From positions 1 through 60,902 of the forward strand of contig CAYZUE010000001.1 in assembly GCA_964481825.1 (NCBI GenBank): a stretch of 60,902 nucleotides of DNA. The letters run 5' to 3'. The DNA comes from Candidatus Hydrothermarchaeota archaeon (GTDB lineage: Archaea > Hydrothermarchaeota > Hydrothermarchaeia > Hydrothermarchaeales > JALUUU01). The notes below the pieces were generated by a model that saw only the letters and a list, made by a program, of their open reading frames with translations, ran no database searches and was not told the origin of the DNA. Both the position numbers and the translations under genes were made by a program. Shown one piece after another: positions 33,770 through 44,847 of this stretch. How positions within the stretch are numbered: the first letter of the stretch is position 1; each line of letters starts with the position of its first letter.

Positions 33770-34597
33770 ATGATGCGCTTAATTGTCACTTCTCAGAAAG
33801 ATTTAGCTGGTGTTAATATCTATAACTACCTATCAGATCAAAATGATTTTAAAGAGATAAAAGAATTTGAAAAGTGCTCTGTTTTCGCCAAAGATAAATT
33901 AAGACTAATCGCAACACAAAAATCCCAGGTAAATGCAGGACATCTTGATTCATATTTTAATGCTGAGTACTATATTTTTGCTTCTCGTCATCGAAGTGCT
34001 TCAAATAGACCTGTTCTAACTGTCCACACACCTGGAAATTTTTTAGCATCTGCTGACCTAGGTGGTCAACCTAAAGATTTAGCTTTTTGTAATGCGGTGG
34101 CAGTAAAAAAAGCATTACAAGAGCTACTATTTATGAAAAACAAGCTGAAACTAAAATACGATGTTTGCTTGGAAGGGACTCATCATGGTCCAACTGAATT
34201 GAGGAGGCCAGTACTCTTTGTTGAAGTGGGGAGTACTAAAGAACAATGGAATGATGATTTAGCAGTAAAGGCAGTTTCAATGGCTGTTTTGGCAGCAGCT
34301 GAGAATTCAAATGTAAATCAAATTGGGATTGGAATTGGTGGAAATCATTATGCACCACTGCATACGCGTCTTGTCTTGCAAACTGATATTGCTTTAGGTC
34401 ATATAATCCCAAGCTACATTATTGATGAACTTACTATTGATATGTTCCATCAGGCTGTTAGCAAGTCAAATGCCACTTTTGGTTTTTTAGATTGGAAAGG
34501 TATGAATAAGTCTCAAAGGGAAAAGATAAAAGAATTTGCTTCGTGTATTGACTTACCGTTGAAGAGAGGTAGAGATTTTTTAAAATCAAAGAAATAA
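33770..34597 (+). CDS. dtdA: Archaeal-type D-aminoacyl-tRNA deacylase
   Basis: IVTSQKDLAG, FASRHRS, LTVHTPGNF, GTHHGPTEL, FVEVGST..W: pattern of the DtdA family. Confidence 0.82.
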   Translation: MMRLIVTSQKDLAGVNIYNYLSDQNDFKEIKEFEKCSVFAKDKLRLIATQKSQVNAGHLDSYFNAEYYIFASRHRSASNRPVLTVHTPGNFLASADLGGQPKDLAFCNAVAVKKALQELLFMKNKLKLKYDVCLEGTHHGPTELRRPVLFVEVGSTKEQWNDDLAVKAVSMAVLAAAENSNVNQIGIGIGGNHYAPLHTRLVLQTDIALGHIIPSYIIDELTIDMFHQAVSKSNATFGFLDWKGMNKSQREKIKEFASCIDLPLKRGRDFLKSKK

Positions 34598-34842
34598 CAT
34601 AGATTTTAAACTTATAGGGTAATCATTATTTGATTAAAATATGTTGTTTGTAAATGAAATTGCATCAACAAATTTCGTAACTAGTAAAGTTTCTAGATAA
34701 TTTAGACTCAATAAAACTATTCTAAAAAACAGTTTAGTTCACATATTCTTAAATACTTATTTTCACTTTATTTATTTTTTTTAGCAAATATTATTGGAAT
34801 AATCTAAATAAAAATAAATGTTAAGATCGTAGTCTTTTATTA

Positions 34843-35778
34843 ATGAATAAATCTGCTCCAGAAATCATAGAAATCAATTCAGAAAATTGGATTAATTCTA
34901 AACCCCTTTCTCTGAAAGAGTTAAAGGGAAAAGTCATCCTATTAGATTTTTGGGCATACTCATGTATTAATTGTTTGCGAACCCTACCATCCCTCAAGGA
35001 GATATGGAGGAAATATAAGAAAGAAAATGTGGTGATTATTGGTATTCACACTCCAGAGTTCATGTTTGAAAAAGATATTAAGAATGTAAAAGTAGCAGTT
35101 AGTAAACATAAAATTGATTATCCTGTGGCTAATGACCCAGAGGGTATAAATTGGCGCCGATATGGAAACAAATATTGGCCTCGGGTTGCATTGATTAATC
35201 CCTTTGGAGAAATAGTTATGGAACACGTTGGGGAAGCAGGTTATGATACTATCGAAGAAAAAATTATCGAATTAATCGATCTCGAAAATAAAAAACAATT
35301 TATTAGAATTAATGAGGAGAAGAGGCTTTATGATTCATATACATCGCGTGAAACTTATGCAGGGAGTTTAAGAAATTCAGGCATAGGTTCATCAAAAGTA
35401 TGCTTTGAATCAAGCTGTGATGTGTATATTGATCCAGGCAAGCACACTCAAGATATTATTTATTTAGATGGGTCGTGGGACCAAAAAAAAGAGTATCTTA
35501 CGTTTAATGGAGATAAAGGGTATATCTCATTTAGATTTCATGCAAAAGAGGTCAATGTTGTATTGTCTGGAGTAGGGATAGTAGAAATTTTATTGGATAA
35601 TGTTAGTCTTACCAATAATAATTCTGGCAAGGAAGTAATTTTTCATAATAATAAAAGTTATTTAAAAATAGATGGTCCAGATGTGTTTAATATTGTTAAT
35701 ATGAAACGGTTTGAAACTAAAGATCTTAAAATAATCCCCTTTAAAAATATGGAAATTTATGCATACACATTTGGATAA
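34843..35778 (+). CDS. Thioredoxin-fold (redoxin/DipZ C-terminal-like) protein with extra C-terminal beta domain
   Basis: LLDFWAYSCINCLRTLP CxxC motif, GIHTPEF, YWP; ~150-aa C-terminal extension. Confidence 0.7.
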   Translation: MNKSAPEIIEINSENWINSKPLSLKELKGKVILLDFWAYSCINCLRTLPSLKEIWRKYKKENVVIIGIHTPEFMFEKDIKNVKVAVSKHKIDYPVANDPEGINWRRYGNKYWPRVALINPFGEIVMEHVGEAGYDTIEEKIIELIDLENKKQFIRINEEKRLYDSYTSRETYAGSLRNSGIGSSKVCFESSCDVYIDPGKHTQDIIYLDGSWDQKKEYLTFNGDKGYISFRFHAKEVNVVLSGVGIVEILLDNVSLTNNNSGKEVIFHNNKSYLKIDGPDVFNIVNMKRFETKDLKIIPFKNMEIYAYTFG

Positions 35779-36032
35779 CTGTTATTCAATTGGGAAACAT
35801 TTTTTAAAATTATTAGATTTTCTATTTTATTTATCCCCTATTTTTCGTTTCTTTATTTAATAAATTTAAGGTTTTTCTAGGTAACAGTACTAATAACAAA
35901 TCCCACATATTTTGATTGATTTATTCTCAATATGCTCAAATCTTATTTCATTTCTCATACTAAAGAATAATATCGGCATATGACAATGTTTAAATAGATT
36001 TACGATAATTTTTCTTATAAGGAGATATTAGG

Positions 36033-37157
36033 TTGGAAACGGTTATTGGAGCAACTGGTAGTGATTCAGATATGAAGAGTAAAAATAAAACGTATAAACC
36101 AGTACCTGATGTAGAAATGGATGACGAACTTGAAAAGATTCTTTCCCAAGTTAGAGCAAAACTAGTTGTGATAGGGGCAGGCGGAGCAGGTTGTAATACT
36201 ATGAGTAGGTTAAGTGAAGTAGGGATTGAAGGAGCTGAAATATTAGCTGTAAATACAGACGCTCAGGACCTTCTTTACACTCATGCTGATAAAAAAGTAC
36301 TGATAGGGAGAGAACTTACGAGGGGTTTAGGCGCTGGATCCGTACCACAGATTGGTGAAGAAGCAGCAAAAGAGAGTACGGAGGAACTTAAAAAAGCTGT
36401 CGAGGGCGCTGATATGGTTTTTATCACATGTGGGCTTGGAGGAGGCACTGGTACCGGAAGCATACCTGTAATAGCTAATTTAGCTCAACAAAATGGTGCT
36501 TTGACTGTTGCAATAGTTACCTACCCTTTTTCAATGGAAGGGAAACGAAGAAGGAGCAATGCTGAAATGGGTCTAGCTAAGCTTAAAAACGAGACTGATA
36601 CAGTGATTGTAATTCCAAATGATAAACTTTTAGATATAGCACCTACATTGCCTGTTTCTGCAGCTTTCAAAGTAGCTGATGAGATTCTTGTTAGAGCAGT
36701 AAAAGGTATTGCAGAATTAATAACCAAGCCTGGATTGATTAATCTCGATTTTGCAGATGTACGCACTGTAATGGAAGGCGGCGGGGTAGCAATGATAGGT
36801 TTAGGGGAAAGCGATACTGAAAATAGGGCTCAAGAAGCAATTGACAAGGCAATAAATAGTCCTTTGTTAAGTGTTGATATCACAGGTGCCAAAGGAGCAC
36901 TAGTTAATGTTGTAGGAGGAACTGACATGACTCTTGCTGAAGCAGAACATGTTGTAGAAGTTGTTTCTCAGGGGTTAGATCCAAAAGCAAACATTATTTG
37001 GGGAGCACAGATAGAGAAGGAATTAGAAGGAATAATAAAAGTTTTACTTGTTATCACTGGTGTAAGGTCTAAACAAATTATCGGTAATAGACCTATGGGT
37101 CTACAAGAAACTACACCCGATTTAAAAGACGAGCTTGGAATAGACTTCTTGGATTAA
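36033..37157 (+). CDS. ftsZ: Cell division GTPase FtsZ
   Basis: GAGGAGCNT, tubulin signature [23 protein letters not shown] start 8 nt after AAGGAG; alternative ATG 36 nt downstream. Confidence 0.93.
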   Translation: METVIGATGSDSDMKSKNKTYKPVPDVEMDDELEKILSQVRAKLVVIGAGGAGCNTMSRLSEVGIEGAEILAVNTDAQDLLYTHADKKVLIGRELTRGLGAGSVPQIGEEAAKESTEELKKAVEGADMVFITCGLGGGTGTGSIPVIANLAQQNGALTVAIVTYPFSMEGKRRRSNAEMGLAKLKNETDTVIVIPNDKLLDIAPTLPVSAAFKVADEILVRAVKGIAELITKPGLINLDFADVRTVMEGGGVAMIGLGESDTENRAQEAIDKAINSPLLSVDITGAKGALVNVVGGTDMTLAEAEHVVEVVSQGLDPKANIIWGAQIEKELEGIIKVLLVITGVRSKQIIGNRPMGLQETTPDLKDELGIDFLD

Positions 37158-37161
37158 AAAA

Positions 37162-37332
37162 ATGATTAATGAAAAATTTAAGGATTTTAATAGAGTAATT
37201 AAGCTCTCCAGAAAACCTAAAAGGAATGAGTTCTTGATGATTGCTAAGGTTACTGGGTTAGGAATAATAATAATAGGTATTATAGGTTTTGTAATAAGGA
37301 TGATGATACAGTTTTTTCAAAGGATATTGTAA
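37162..37332 (+). CDS. secE: Preprotein translocase subunit SecE (Sec61-gamma)
   Basis: 56-codon ORF absent from the track (below the length cut-off): MINEKFKDFNRVIKLSRKPKRNEFLMIAKVTGLGIIIIGIIGFVIRMMIQFFQRIL. KP..(E/D)F motif plus one TM; canonical position between ftsZ and nusG. Confidence 0.82.
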   Translation: MINEKFKDFNRVIKLSRKPKRNEFLMIAKVTGLGIIIIGIIGFVIRMMIQFFQRIL

Positions 37333-37368
37333 CTTTATTTTTAAATGTCATTTATTAAGTGATGCATC

Positions 37369-37836
37369 ATGGAAAGCAAAATTTTCGCTGTAAGAACTAC
37401 AATTGGACAGGAGAAGAACGTGGCCGATATGATTACGGCGAGAACTGACAAGGAAGGATTTGAGATTTATTCAGTTCTAGTACCTTATGAAATAAGAGGA
37501 TATATTATGATAGAAACTCTCAATAGAACAGAAATAGAAAAATCCCTAAAAGGTGTTTCACATGCGAGGGGGATAGTGGAGGGTGCGGTAGGAATTGAGG
37601 AGATTGAGAAGTTCTTTGATCCAAAACCAATGGTAACTAAAGTTGACACAGGCGATATTGTCGAGCTTATTAGCGGTCCGTTCAAAGGTGAAAAGGCCCG
37701 GGTTGTTAGGGTTGATTTAAAGAAAGAAGAATTAACAATAGAGTTATTTGAAGCCACTGTTCCTATACCTGTCACTATTCGTGGTGACAGTATAAAAGTT
37801 ATTAGAAAGGAGGAAAAGGATGAAGGAGAAGATTAG
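37369..37836 (+). CDS. nusG: Transcription elongation factor Spt5 (NusG)
   Basis: NGN domain (IFAVRTTIGQE) and KOW motif GDIVELISGPFKGEKARVVRVD. Confidence 0.92.
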   Translation: MESKIFAVRTTIGQEKNVADMITARTDKEGFEIYSVLVPYEIRGYIMIETLNRTEIEKSLKGVSHARGIVEGAVGIEEIEKFFDPKPMVTKVDTGDIVELISGPFKGEKARVVRVDLKKEELTIELFEATVPIPVTIRGDSIKVIRKEEKDEGED

Positions 37837-38299
37837 CGTAATGGTGGATGGAGGAGAGGCAAGTGGAGCTCCACCTCTAGGGCCTAGTTTGGGACCATTA
37901 GGAGTGAATATAACAAAAGTTGTTGACTCAATAAATGAATTCACAAAAGATTTTAAAGGTATGAAAGTACCTGTTACTGTTATTGTCGATCCCTCTACAA
38001 AAGAATTTGATATAGAAGTTGGTACTCCTCCTACAAGTGCATTGATAAAAAAGGAGATTGGTATCGAGAAGGGATCTGGAGAACCTAATACAAATATTGT
38101 AGGAGACTTGAGTATGGATAACGCTATTAAGATAGCTAAGATGAAAAGAGGAAGCATGTTAGCCATAAATTTAAAAGGGGCTGTTATGGAAGTTTTAGGT
38201 GTGTGTGTTTCCATGGGGATTACAATTGATGGTAAATCTTCTAAGGAAGCTCAACAGGAGATTTTTTCTGGTTCACATGATAAAATATTAAGTGATTAA
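37820..38299 (+). CDS. rpl11: 50S ribosomal protein L11
   Basis: GGEASGAPPLGPSLGPLGVN; AAGGAGG Shine-Dalgarno element upstream; overlaps the nusG end by 17 nt. Confidence 0.94.
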   Translation: MKEKISVMVDGGEASGAPPLGPSLGPLGVNITKVVDSINEFTKDFKGMKVPVTVIVDPSTKEFDIEVGTPPTSALIKKEIGIEKGSGEPNTNIVGDLSMDNAIKIAKMKRGSMLAINLKGAVMEVLGVCVSMGITIDGKSSKEAQQEIFSGSHDKILSD

Positions 38300-38300
38300 A

Positions 38301-38945
38301 ATGTACAGCACTAAAGATATATTAAAGGCCCTAAAAGAGGTAAAGAAAAAGGGTAAGAAGAGGAAATTCATTCAAAGTATCGATTTCATTATTAAACTAA
38401 ACGTAGATACTGAAAAAACGGAAAATAGATTAAATGATGAGTTATTGTTACCAAGTGGAAGGGGGAAGAGCGTTAAAATAGGGGTAATAGCGGAGGGAGA
38501 GTTAGCTCATCAAGCAAAAAAACCTGCTGACATTGTAATAACAAAGAAAGAACTAACTGAACTGGCGAAAGATAAAAAAGCCGCTAAAGAACTGGTTAAT
38601 AGTATTGAATTTTTTATAGCTCAATCAGATATGATGCCGCTAGTGGGGAAGAATTTAGGAACAATCTTAGGCCCTAGAGGTAAAATGCCAAAACCAGTAC
38701 CTGTAAATATCCAGATTGTGCCAGTAGTAGAGAGATTAAGAAAAACTATCAGAATTAGAACAAGAGAAAATCCTTTTATCCAGGCTGTTGTAGGTACCGA
38801 AGATATGGACGACGAAGCATTGATTCAAAATGTTGAAGCGATTATGGAGCATCTTGATCGAAAATTAGAAAAGGGCTTTGACGATATAAATTCCGCTTAT
38901 CTTAAAACAAGCATGGGCAAATCTGTTAAATTGGGGGCATCGTAA
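38301..38945 (+). CDS. rpl1: 50S ribosomal protein L1
   Basis: F.QSIDFIIKL, LGPRGKMP motifs. I prefer ATG at 38301; the track start 38292 is GTG inside the rpl11 end. Confidence 0.92.
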   Translation: MYSTKDILKALKEVKKKGKKRKFIQSIDFIIKLNVDTEKTENRLNDELLLPSGRGKSVKIGVIAEGELAHQAKKPADIVITKKELTELAKDKKAAKELVNSIEFFIAQSDMMPLVGKNLGTILGPRGKMPKPVPVNIQIVPVVERLRKTIRIRTRENPFIQAVVGTEDMDDEALIQNVEAIMEHLDRKLEKGFDDINSAYLKTSMGKSVKLGAS

Positions 38946-39970
38946 TGACAAACGTTTCTAAAGCGAAATTCGAAGAAGTCGATAGAAATGCATCTCTAAT
39001 TGCAGATTATCCTGTTTTAGGCATAGCTAATATCCATGGAATCCCCGCTAAACAATTACAAAAAATGCGTAACTTATTAAGGGAAAATGTTTTGATAAAG
39101 ATATCTAAAAAATCTCTCATAAAATACTCTCTTGAAAAAATCTCAAAAGACGAGAAGAGTATTTCAGATTTGGCAAATCATATCAGTGGCCAACCAGCTT
39201 TCATATTTTCACGTATTGATCCTTTTAAACTTTATAAGATTCTAGAACAAAATCGAACTACTGCTCCTGCCAAACCTAATAGTATCGCTCCTAAAGATAT
39301 AACTATAAAAAAAGGAGAGACATCATTCCCTCCTGGACCTCTTTTGGGTGAACTTCAGCAAGTTGGCATCCCAACAACTATCCAGAAGGGTAAAATCGCG
39401 ATAAAAAAAGATACAGTTGTTGTGAAAGCTGGTGAAGTTATTAGCTCTGAATTATCCATGGCATTGAGTAGACTTGGGATTGAACCTATGGAGCTTGGAA
39501 TTAAACTATTAGCAGCTTATGAAGATGGAACCATTTATCCAGATAAAAACCTTTTCATTGACGAGGAGAAGATTTTCGCTGATTTTCAGAGGAGTTATAA
39601 TAATGCATTAAACTTATGTCTTGAATCTGGGTACGTGACTAATTCCATTGTACATTTATCTATCATAAAATGCGTTAACAATGCTATAGCGTTAGCACAA
39701 AATGCCATAATATTTGAAAAAGATGTAATGGGTTATTTATTATCTAAGGCGTATTTGCAGATGTTATCTCTCTCTTCTACCCTCACAGATGATTTTATTG
39801 ATGACGATTTAAAAGTCAAGTTGTCTTTGAAATCGGATGTTAAGAATGATTCTTTGTCGGAATCTGATTTAAGTGTGGATTTAACAAAATCTGAAGAAAA
39901 AAAGGATGAAAAATCCGAGGAAAAACCAGAAGATGAGGCGATATCTGGTTTAGGTTCATTATTTGATTGA
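38945..39970 (+). CDS. rpl10: 50S ribosomal stalk protein P0 (L10)
   Basis: N-terminal L10 domain and acidic tail ending EDEAISGLGSLFD; the start overlaps the rpl1 stop (TAATG). Confidence 0.92.
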   Translation: MTNVSKAKFEEVDRNASLIADYPVLGIANIHGIPAKQLQKMRNLLRENVLIKISKKSLIKYSLEKISKDEKSISDLANHISGQPAFIFSRIDPFKLYKILEQNRTTAPAKPNSIAPKDITIKKGETSFPPGPLLGELQQVGIPTTIQKGKIAIKKDTVVVKAGEVISSELSMALSRLGIEPMELGIKLLAAYEDGTIYPDKNLFIDEEKIFADFQRSYNNALNLCLESGYVTNSIVHLSIIKCVNNAIALAQNAIIFEKDVMGYLLSKAYLQMLSLSSTLTDDFIDDDLKVKLSLKSDVKNDSLSESDLSVDLTKSEEKKDEKSEEKPEDEAISGLGSLFD

Positions 39971-39983
39971 TGGAGGTGAATTG

Positions 39984-40295
39984 ATGGAATATGTTTACGC
40001 TGCTATGCTATTGCACGCTGCTGGAAAGAAGGTCAATGTAACTAACGTTACTAAGGTTTTAAAGGCCCCTGGTATAAAAGTTGACGACGCACGGGTGAAA
40101 GCTCTCATTGCAGCCCTTGACGGTGTTAAGATAGACGATGCCATTAAGCAGGCGTCAGTTGTACCGACTGTTCAGGCCCAATCAGCCGCTCCTGTAGAAA
40201 CAGAAGCAGAAGTAGCAGAGGATCCTAAGAAGGAAGAAAAGAAAGAGGAAACAGAAGAAGAAGCTATAGCTGGTCTCGGTGCACTGTTTGGGTAG
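39984..40295 (+). CDS. rpl12: 50S ribosomal stalk protein P1 (L12)
   Basis: MEYVYAAMLLHAAGK start preceded by GGAGGTGA; acidic tail EEEAIAGLGALFG. Confidence 0.92.
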   Translation: MEYVYAAMLLHAAGKKVNVTNVTKVLKAPGIKVDDARVKALIAALDGVKIDDAIKQASVVPTVQAQSAAPVETEAEVAEDPKKEEKKEETEEEAIAGLGALFG

Positions 40296-40406
40296 AGTTT
40301 ATTGCTATTTAGGCAATATTTTCTTCTAAGCTTTGCACAATTTTCCAATTTTTATTTATCACAAATAAAGATAGGAATAAATATTGTTCATATTAAATTA
40401 AGATAG

Positions 40407-40450
40407 GACACAAAGCAGAATCAAATAAACTAAAAGATCTAAAAATTTGG
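40407..40450 (+). repeat. Copy B of the 44-nt duplicated segment (intergenic, between rpl12 and sdhC)
   Basis: 39/44 identity to 33550-33593. In the corresponding frame it reads GHKAESNKLKDLKIW-stop, against RHKAESNLLKDLKNW in the SpoIIM-like protein. Confidence 0.8.
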
Positions 40451-40461
40451 TAAATCATCAT

Positions 40462-40845
40462 TCAGTTGTTCTTTAGAATATTGTCTCCTGTTATGAAAGG
40501 CCAAAGAGCATATACACCAAAAAGGAACATCCCAACCCCAATTAACATAAGTAAAATGAAAACGATTTTCTGTGTTTTAGTATCTATTCCAAAGTCTATG
40601 ATTATTACACGCAATCCATTTAGTCCATGAAATATTACCAATGTTAGGAGCATGAGATCAAATATCAAAAAAAATGGTGATTGTAGTCGCATTAGTATAG
40701 AGTCAAAAGTTGCTTTGTCAGGTAGATTAGAATAATGTAATATCCAGAGGTGAAGAAATAGGTAGAATAAGAGAAGAAGACCCGATACTCGTTGTAATAA
40801 CCAAGTCCACATACCTAGTTCTTTTCCTCTACTTTTTTTAATCAT
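40462..40845 (-). CDS. sdhC: Succinate dehydrogenase membrane anchor / cytochrome b-like subunit
   Basis: 127 aa, three hydrophobic helices with conserved His (FLHLWILH, IFHGLNGLRVI); directly downstream of sdhB. Confidence 0.7.
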   Translation of the reverse strand: MIKKSRGKELGMWTWLLQRVSGLLLLFYLFLHLWILHYSNLPDKATFDSILMRLQSPFFLIFDLMLLTLVIFHGLNGLRVIIIDFGIDTKTQKIVFILLMLIGVGMFLFGVYALWPFITGDNILKNN

Positions 40846-40852
40846 TAAATTA

Positions 40853-41626
40853 TCACCTAATTAATTTGTTTAATAATAATTTTCTTCTAATTGCAGTTAT
40901 CCCTTGGGTTGATGGTACATTTTTCGGACAAAAATCAACACATCTGTAAACTGTATCACAAGCCCACACTCCTCTATGAGAGTCTACTTTCTTCAACATT
41001 TCTTTTTTATTCTCAAATCTTGAATCCGCTAAGAATCGCCAAGCTTTCGCGAGAGTTGCAGGACCTAAATATTTGTTATCTCGTATAGCAGAAGGACATT
41101 TAGAAAAGCAAATGCCACACATGATACAGTTGATGTATGGCTCAATAGCCTTCATTTCTTTTTGACTCATATTATTCTCATTATCTAATCCATTTTTTTT
41201 TATAAACCACGGGTCAATGGATTCATATCCATTAAAGAAACTTTTCATGTCTACCACTAGATCTTTAATTATTGCAAAGTTAGGGAGAGGTTCTATTTGA
41301 ATCTCCATTGAATCTATTTTGTTAATACTTGGAAAGGCAAAGGGGCCATGAATCTTTAGCTCAAAATTCAGTTTTCCTTTTATCAAGTCTCCCACTTGAG
41401 TTCTGCAAGCAAGCATTGGGGACCCGTTTATAAGCATGCCACAAGATCCACATACTGCACCCCGACAAGAATATCGAAAGGATAGTGTACCATCGATTTC
41501 ATCTTTAATTTTGAAAAGGGCGTCTAAGATTGTCATACCTTCTCCCTCTTTTATAGCAAAATTCTCAAATCTTGGTTTACTATCTTTTCCTTTTTCAAAC
41601 CGATATATTTTGAATTTTACCATCAA
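40853..41626 (-). CDS. sdhB: Succinate dehydrogenase iron-sulfur subunit
   Basis: [15 protein letters not shown] (2Fe-2S), [12 protein letters not shown] (4Fe-4S), [12 protein letters not shown] (3Fe-4S). Confidence 0.92.
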   Translation of the reverse strand: MMVKFKIYRFEKGKDSKPRFENFAIKEGEGMTILDALFKIKDEIDGTLSFRYSCRGAVCGSCGMLINGSPMLACRTQVGDLIKGKLNFELKIHGPFAFPSINKIDSMEIQIEPLPNFAIIKDLVVDMKSFFNGYESIDPWFIKKNGLDNENNMSQKEMKAIEPYINCIMCGICFSKCPSAIRDNKYLGPATLAKAWRFLADSRFENKKEMLKKVDSHRGVWACDTVYRCVDFCPKNVPSTQGITAIRRKLLLNKLIR

Positions 41627-43314
41627 TATACCCTTTCCTCAGGTTTAAATCTAGTAATTTTAACCCGTTTAAATTTTAGTCTTATATTGTCTTCTGAGAA
41701 TTGTGCTAAAGTATGATTCAACCATTCATTATCATTTCTTTTTGGATAATCTAAACGGTAATGCGATCCTCTGCTCTCCTTTCTTGCCAAGGCAGATACA
41801 ACAATTACCTCTGCCAAATCTATCAAGTTACCTAGTTCTAGAGCCAAAGCAAGTTCAGTGTTAAATACACTGCCTTTATCTTGAATACTGATATCTTTGT
41901 ATCTTTTTTTTATAGTACGTATTTTATTTCTAGCACTTAATAATCCTTTTTTATTCCTAAAAATACCTACTTTTTCTGTCATAAGTTTGCACAATTCTTT
42001 TTTAAGAGGAATTATCCTTTCCTTTCCTTCTGCACCAATTAACCGATCTATACGAAGTTTTTCATTTTTATAAATCTCTAATGGCAATTCTTTGAAGTCC
42101 ATTTCCTTTAAATCCATAGCAACAGCAAATCCAGCACGCCTTCCAAATACTATAGTTTCTAAAAGGGAATTTCCTCCGAGACGATTAGCTCCGTGCACAC
42201 TTACGCACGCGCATTCTCCTGCCGCGTAAAGGCCTGAAATTGAGGTTCTTCCTTCTATATCTGTTGATATACCACCCATGGAATAATGCTGTCCAGGTTG
42301 TACAGGAATAGGTTCAAGAGTAGAGTCAATACCAGCAAAGTGCAAAGCTATTTCATGTATTTGAGGAAGTCTTTCCATTATCTTATCCTTGCCTAAATGC
42401 GTTATGTCAAGAGAAACATATTCATTTTCGAATCCTCTGCCCTCATTTATTTCAGTCTCTATTGCCCTTGCTATAATGTCTCTTGGTGCTAATTCCATAA
42501 GTTCGGGGGCATAATTCTCCATAAATCGTTTACCTTCATTGTTAAAGAGAATACCACCTTCACCGCGACAAGCTTCAGAAATGAGAATGTTTGACCCATA
42601 CAGAGTAGTTGGATGAAACTGGACAAATTCCATGTCTTTAAGAGGAATGTTATGACGGTATGCTAAAGCCATTCCATCTCCTGTATTAATTAATGCATTT
42701 GTACTATTATTATAAACTCTACCATATCCACCTGTAGCTAAAATCACAGCTTTCGATTTAAATGTAACAAGGTCACCGTTCACTAAATTTATTGCTATTA
42801 TGCCACTGCAGGTATTTTCATTAATGATTAGAGAAGTTACTATAAATTCCTCATAAAAAACTACGCCCCTCCTTAGTGTTTGTTCATAAAGTGTATGAAG
42901 TAGATTGTGACCTGTCCTATCTGATGCATAACAAGTTCGTGGATAGCTAGCGCCTCCAAAAGGACGCTGTGCAATTTTCCCATTTTTTGTTCTTGAAAAT
43001 AATGTTCCCCATTTTTCCATTTCTTCTATTCTGTCAGGAGCTTCTTTACACAAGACTTCAACTGCATCTTGATCTGCCAAGTAGTCTCCACCCTTAATAG
43101 TGTCCTTTGCATGGTTTTCCCAGCTATCATCAACGCTTAAAGAGGCATTTATCCCTCCTTGAGCTGAAATGGAATGTGAACGAAGTGGATGAACCTTAGT
43201 AACTACAGCTACATTAGTCGATTTACAAGCCTCTAAAGCTGCTCGAAGTCCGGCCAAACCTGCTCCGATTATAATGGTATCATGGGAAAAAACTTTATTA
43301 TCCTTCATAATCAT
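41623..43314 (-). CDS. sdhA: Succinate dehydrogenase flavoprotein subunit
   Basis: [10 protein letters not shown], covalent-FAD site [31 protein letters not shown]. Confidence 0.95.
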   Translation of the reverse strand: MIMKDNKVFSHDTIIIGAGLAGLRAALEACKSTNVAVVTKVHPLRSHSISAQGGINASLSVDDSWENHAKDTIKGGDYLADQDAVEVLCKEAPDRIEEMEKWGTLFSRTKNGKIAQRPFGGASYPRTCYASDRTGHNLLHTLYEQTLRRGVVFYEEFIVTSLIINENTCSGIIAINLVNGDLVTFKSKAVILATGGYGRVYNNSTNALINTGDGMALAYRHNIPLKDMEFVQFHPTTLYGSNILISEACRGEGGILFNNEGKRFMENYAPELMELAPRDIIARAIETEINEGRGFENEYVSLDITHLGKDKIMERLPQIHEIALHFAGIDSTLEPIPVQPGQHYSMGGISTDIEGRTSISGLYAAGECACVSVHGANRLGGNSLLETIVFGRRAGFAVAMDLKEMDFKELPLEIYKNEKLRIDRLIGAEGKERIIPLKKELCKLMTEKVGIFRNKKGLLSARNKIRTIKKRYKDISIQDKGSVFNTELALALELGNLIDLAEVIVVSALARKESRGSHYRLDYPKRNDNEWLNHTLAQFSEDNIRLKFKRVKITRFKPEERVY

Positions 43315-44480
43315 GCTCTAGATTTGATAGCAGCTCTTTTAACAGCATTTGCTACCTTCACTGCATTTGATTTCTTTAGTGGTGGTGGTAAGATTCGATC
43401 GATTCGTGGTTTTTTTACACATCCTGATAATGCCAAGGCTGCATCCATTTTCATTTTCTGGTTTATCGTCTTGGCTCTTGCATCAAGGGCTCCCCTAAAT
43501 ATCCCTGGAAAGGCTAACATATTGTTAATTTGATTTGGATAATCGCTTCTTCCACTCCCAACTATCGTAGCACCGGATTTAAGTGCCAATTCGGGCATAA
43601 TTTCAGGTATTGGATTAGCAAGGGCAAACACTATTGGTTTAGCACTCATTGATTGAATCATTGTAGGAGTTAAGAGGCCTCCAGATGACAATCCTATAAA
43701 GACGTCAGCTTTTTTAATTGCGTCTTTTAATGTCCCAACTTTAGCACTAAGATTTGTCACTCTTGAAAGTTCTGATTTGTATCTATTCAGGTTGTCACGT
43801 CCCTTATATATAATACCTTGAGTGTCACACATGATTATGTTTTTAAAGCATGCTTCTTGTTCATGATAACATAGGAGAAGTTTAGCTGTAGCAATCCCAG
43901 CAGCTCCAGCTCCATTTATTATTATCTTTAAGTCTTCAAGTCTCTTTCCAACCACTTTAGAAGCATTAGTCAACGCTGCAAATATAACAATAGCTGTAGC
44001 GTGCTGATCATCATGGAATACTGGAATATTAATATCTTGAAGTTCATTCTCTATTTCAAAGCATTTTGGAGCGGCAATATCTTCAATATTAACACCTCCA
44101 AAAGATGGTGATATACCCTTGACAATTCTAATAATGTCCTTGGAGTTTTGGGTATTTAAACAAATTGGAATCGCATCAATATCTACAAGCTTTTTAAAAA
44201 GTATTGCTTTTCCTTCCATTACAGGTAAAGCAGCTTCCGGCCCAATATTTCCGAGTCCCATTACAGATGAACCATCTGTTACAATAGCAATGGAGTTTCC
44301 TTTATTGGTTAAATCATAAACTTTTTCCTTGTCTTTGGATATTTCAGAGCAACTGCTTGCTACCCCGGGTGTATATATTAATGAAAGATCATGCTTATTT
44401 CGTACTGATACTCTAGATTCTAAAGAAATCTTCCCTTTTTTTTCCCTATGAAGCCGTAATGATTCCTTGAATATGTTCAT
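43311..44480 (-). CDS. NAD(P)-dependent malic enzyme (short form)
   Basis: [17 protein letters not shown], Rossmann [10 protein letters not shown]; 389 aa; 4-nt overlap with the sdhA start. Confidence 0.88.
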   Translation of the reverse strand: MNIFKESLRLHREKKGKISLESRVSVRNKHDLSLIYTPGVASSCSEISKDKEKVYDLTNKGNSIAIVTDGSSVMGLGNIGPEAALPVMEGKAILFKKLVDIDAIPICLNTQNSKDIIRIVKGISPSFGGVNIEDIAAPKCFEIENELQDINIPVFHDDQHATAIVIFAALTNASKVVGKRLEDLKIIINGAGAAGIATAKLLLCYHEQEACFKNIIMCDTQGIIYKGRDNLNRYKSELSRVTNLSAKVGTLKDAIKKADVFIGLSSGGLLTPTMIQSMSAKPIVFALANPIPEIMPELALKSGATIVGSGRSDYPNQINNMLAFPGIFRGALDARAKTINQKMKMDAALALSGCVKKPRIDRILPPPLKKSNAVKVANAVKRAAIKSRA

Positions 44481-44575
44481 AATAATGACTTTTCCGTTTA
44501 ATTTATTAAATAAGATTTTTTATAAGGAGATAATCTGCTGATCCATTCACAGTAGTTATGTTTTAATATTCGTTA

Positions 44576-44847
44576 TTACTTCATCACTTCCCTAATAGCT
44601 TTTACAAGTATTTCTTTTTTAGGAACTCCCACAAACATTGCTTCCCCATTAATCACTATAGTTGGAACTTTCATTATACCATATTTAACTGTTTTTTTCT
44701 TTTCATCTAAAGCGTTAACCTCTTTGATTTCAATTGAATTTTTAAATTCTATACCAACTTCTTTAACAAGCCTTTTAGCCTTATCACAATATGGACACGT
44801 ATTTGTGTAGAATACTTCAATTCTAACACTCGTTTTACCACTTCCAT
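44576..44847 (-). pseudogene. Glutaredoxin/thioredoxin-like small protein (CPYC) with no in-frame canonical start; apparent 1-nt frameshift
   Basis: Open frame 44576..44866 encodes ..SVRIEVFYTNTCPYCDKAKRLVKEVGIEF...VPTIVINGEAMFVGVPKKEILVKAIREVMK, but has no ATG/GTG/TTG before the CPYC motif. The only nearby ATG (44847) is in the frame reached by a one-base shift. One extra A in the A4 run (44833-44836) would give MEVVKTSVRIEVFYTNTCPYC. Confidence 0.6.

Noticed and set aside
37744-38214. 156-aa ORF on the minus strand, antisense to nusG and rpl11. Similar long antisense ORFs occur at 29376..29780, 13302..13673, 6594..6968, 58819..59280 and 26030..26389.
   Set aside because: Each lies opposite a gene with strong, motif-level homology. 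Their translations are low-complexity Ser/Pro/Ile/Leu-rich shadow frames with no recognisable motif, as expected for antisense frames of AT-rich coding DNA.
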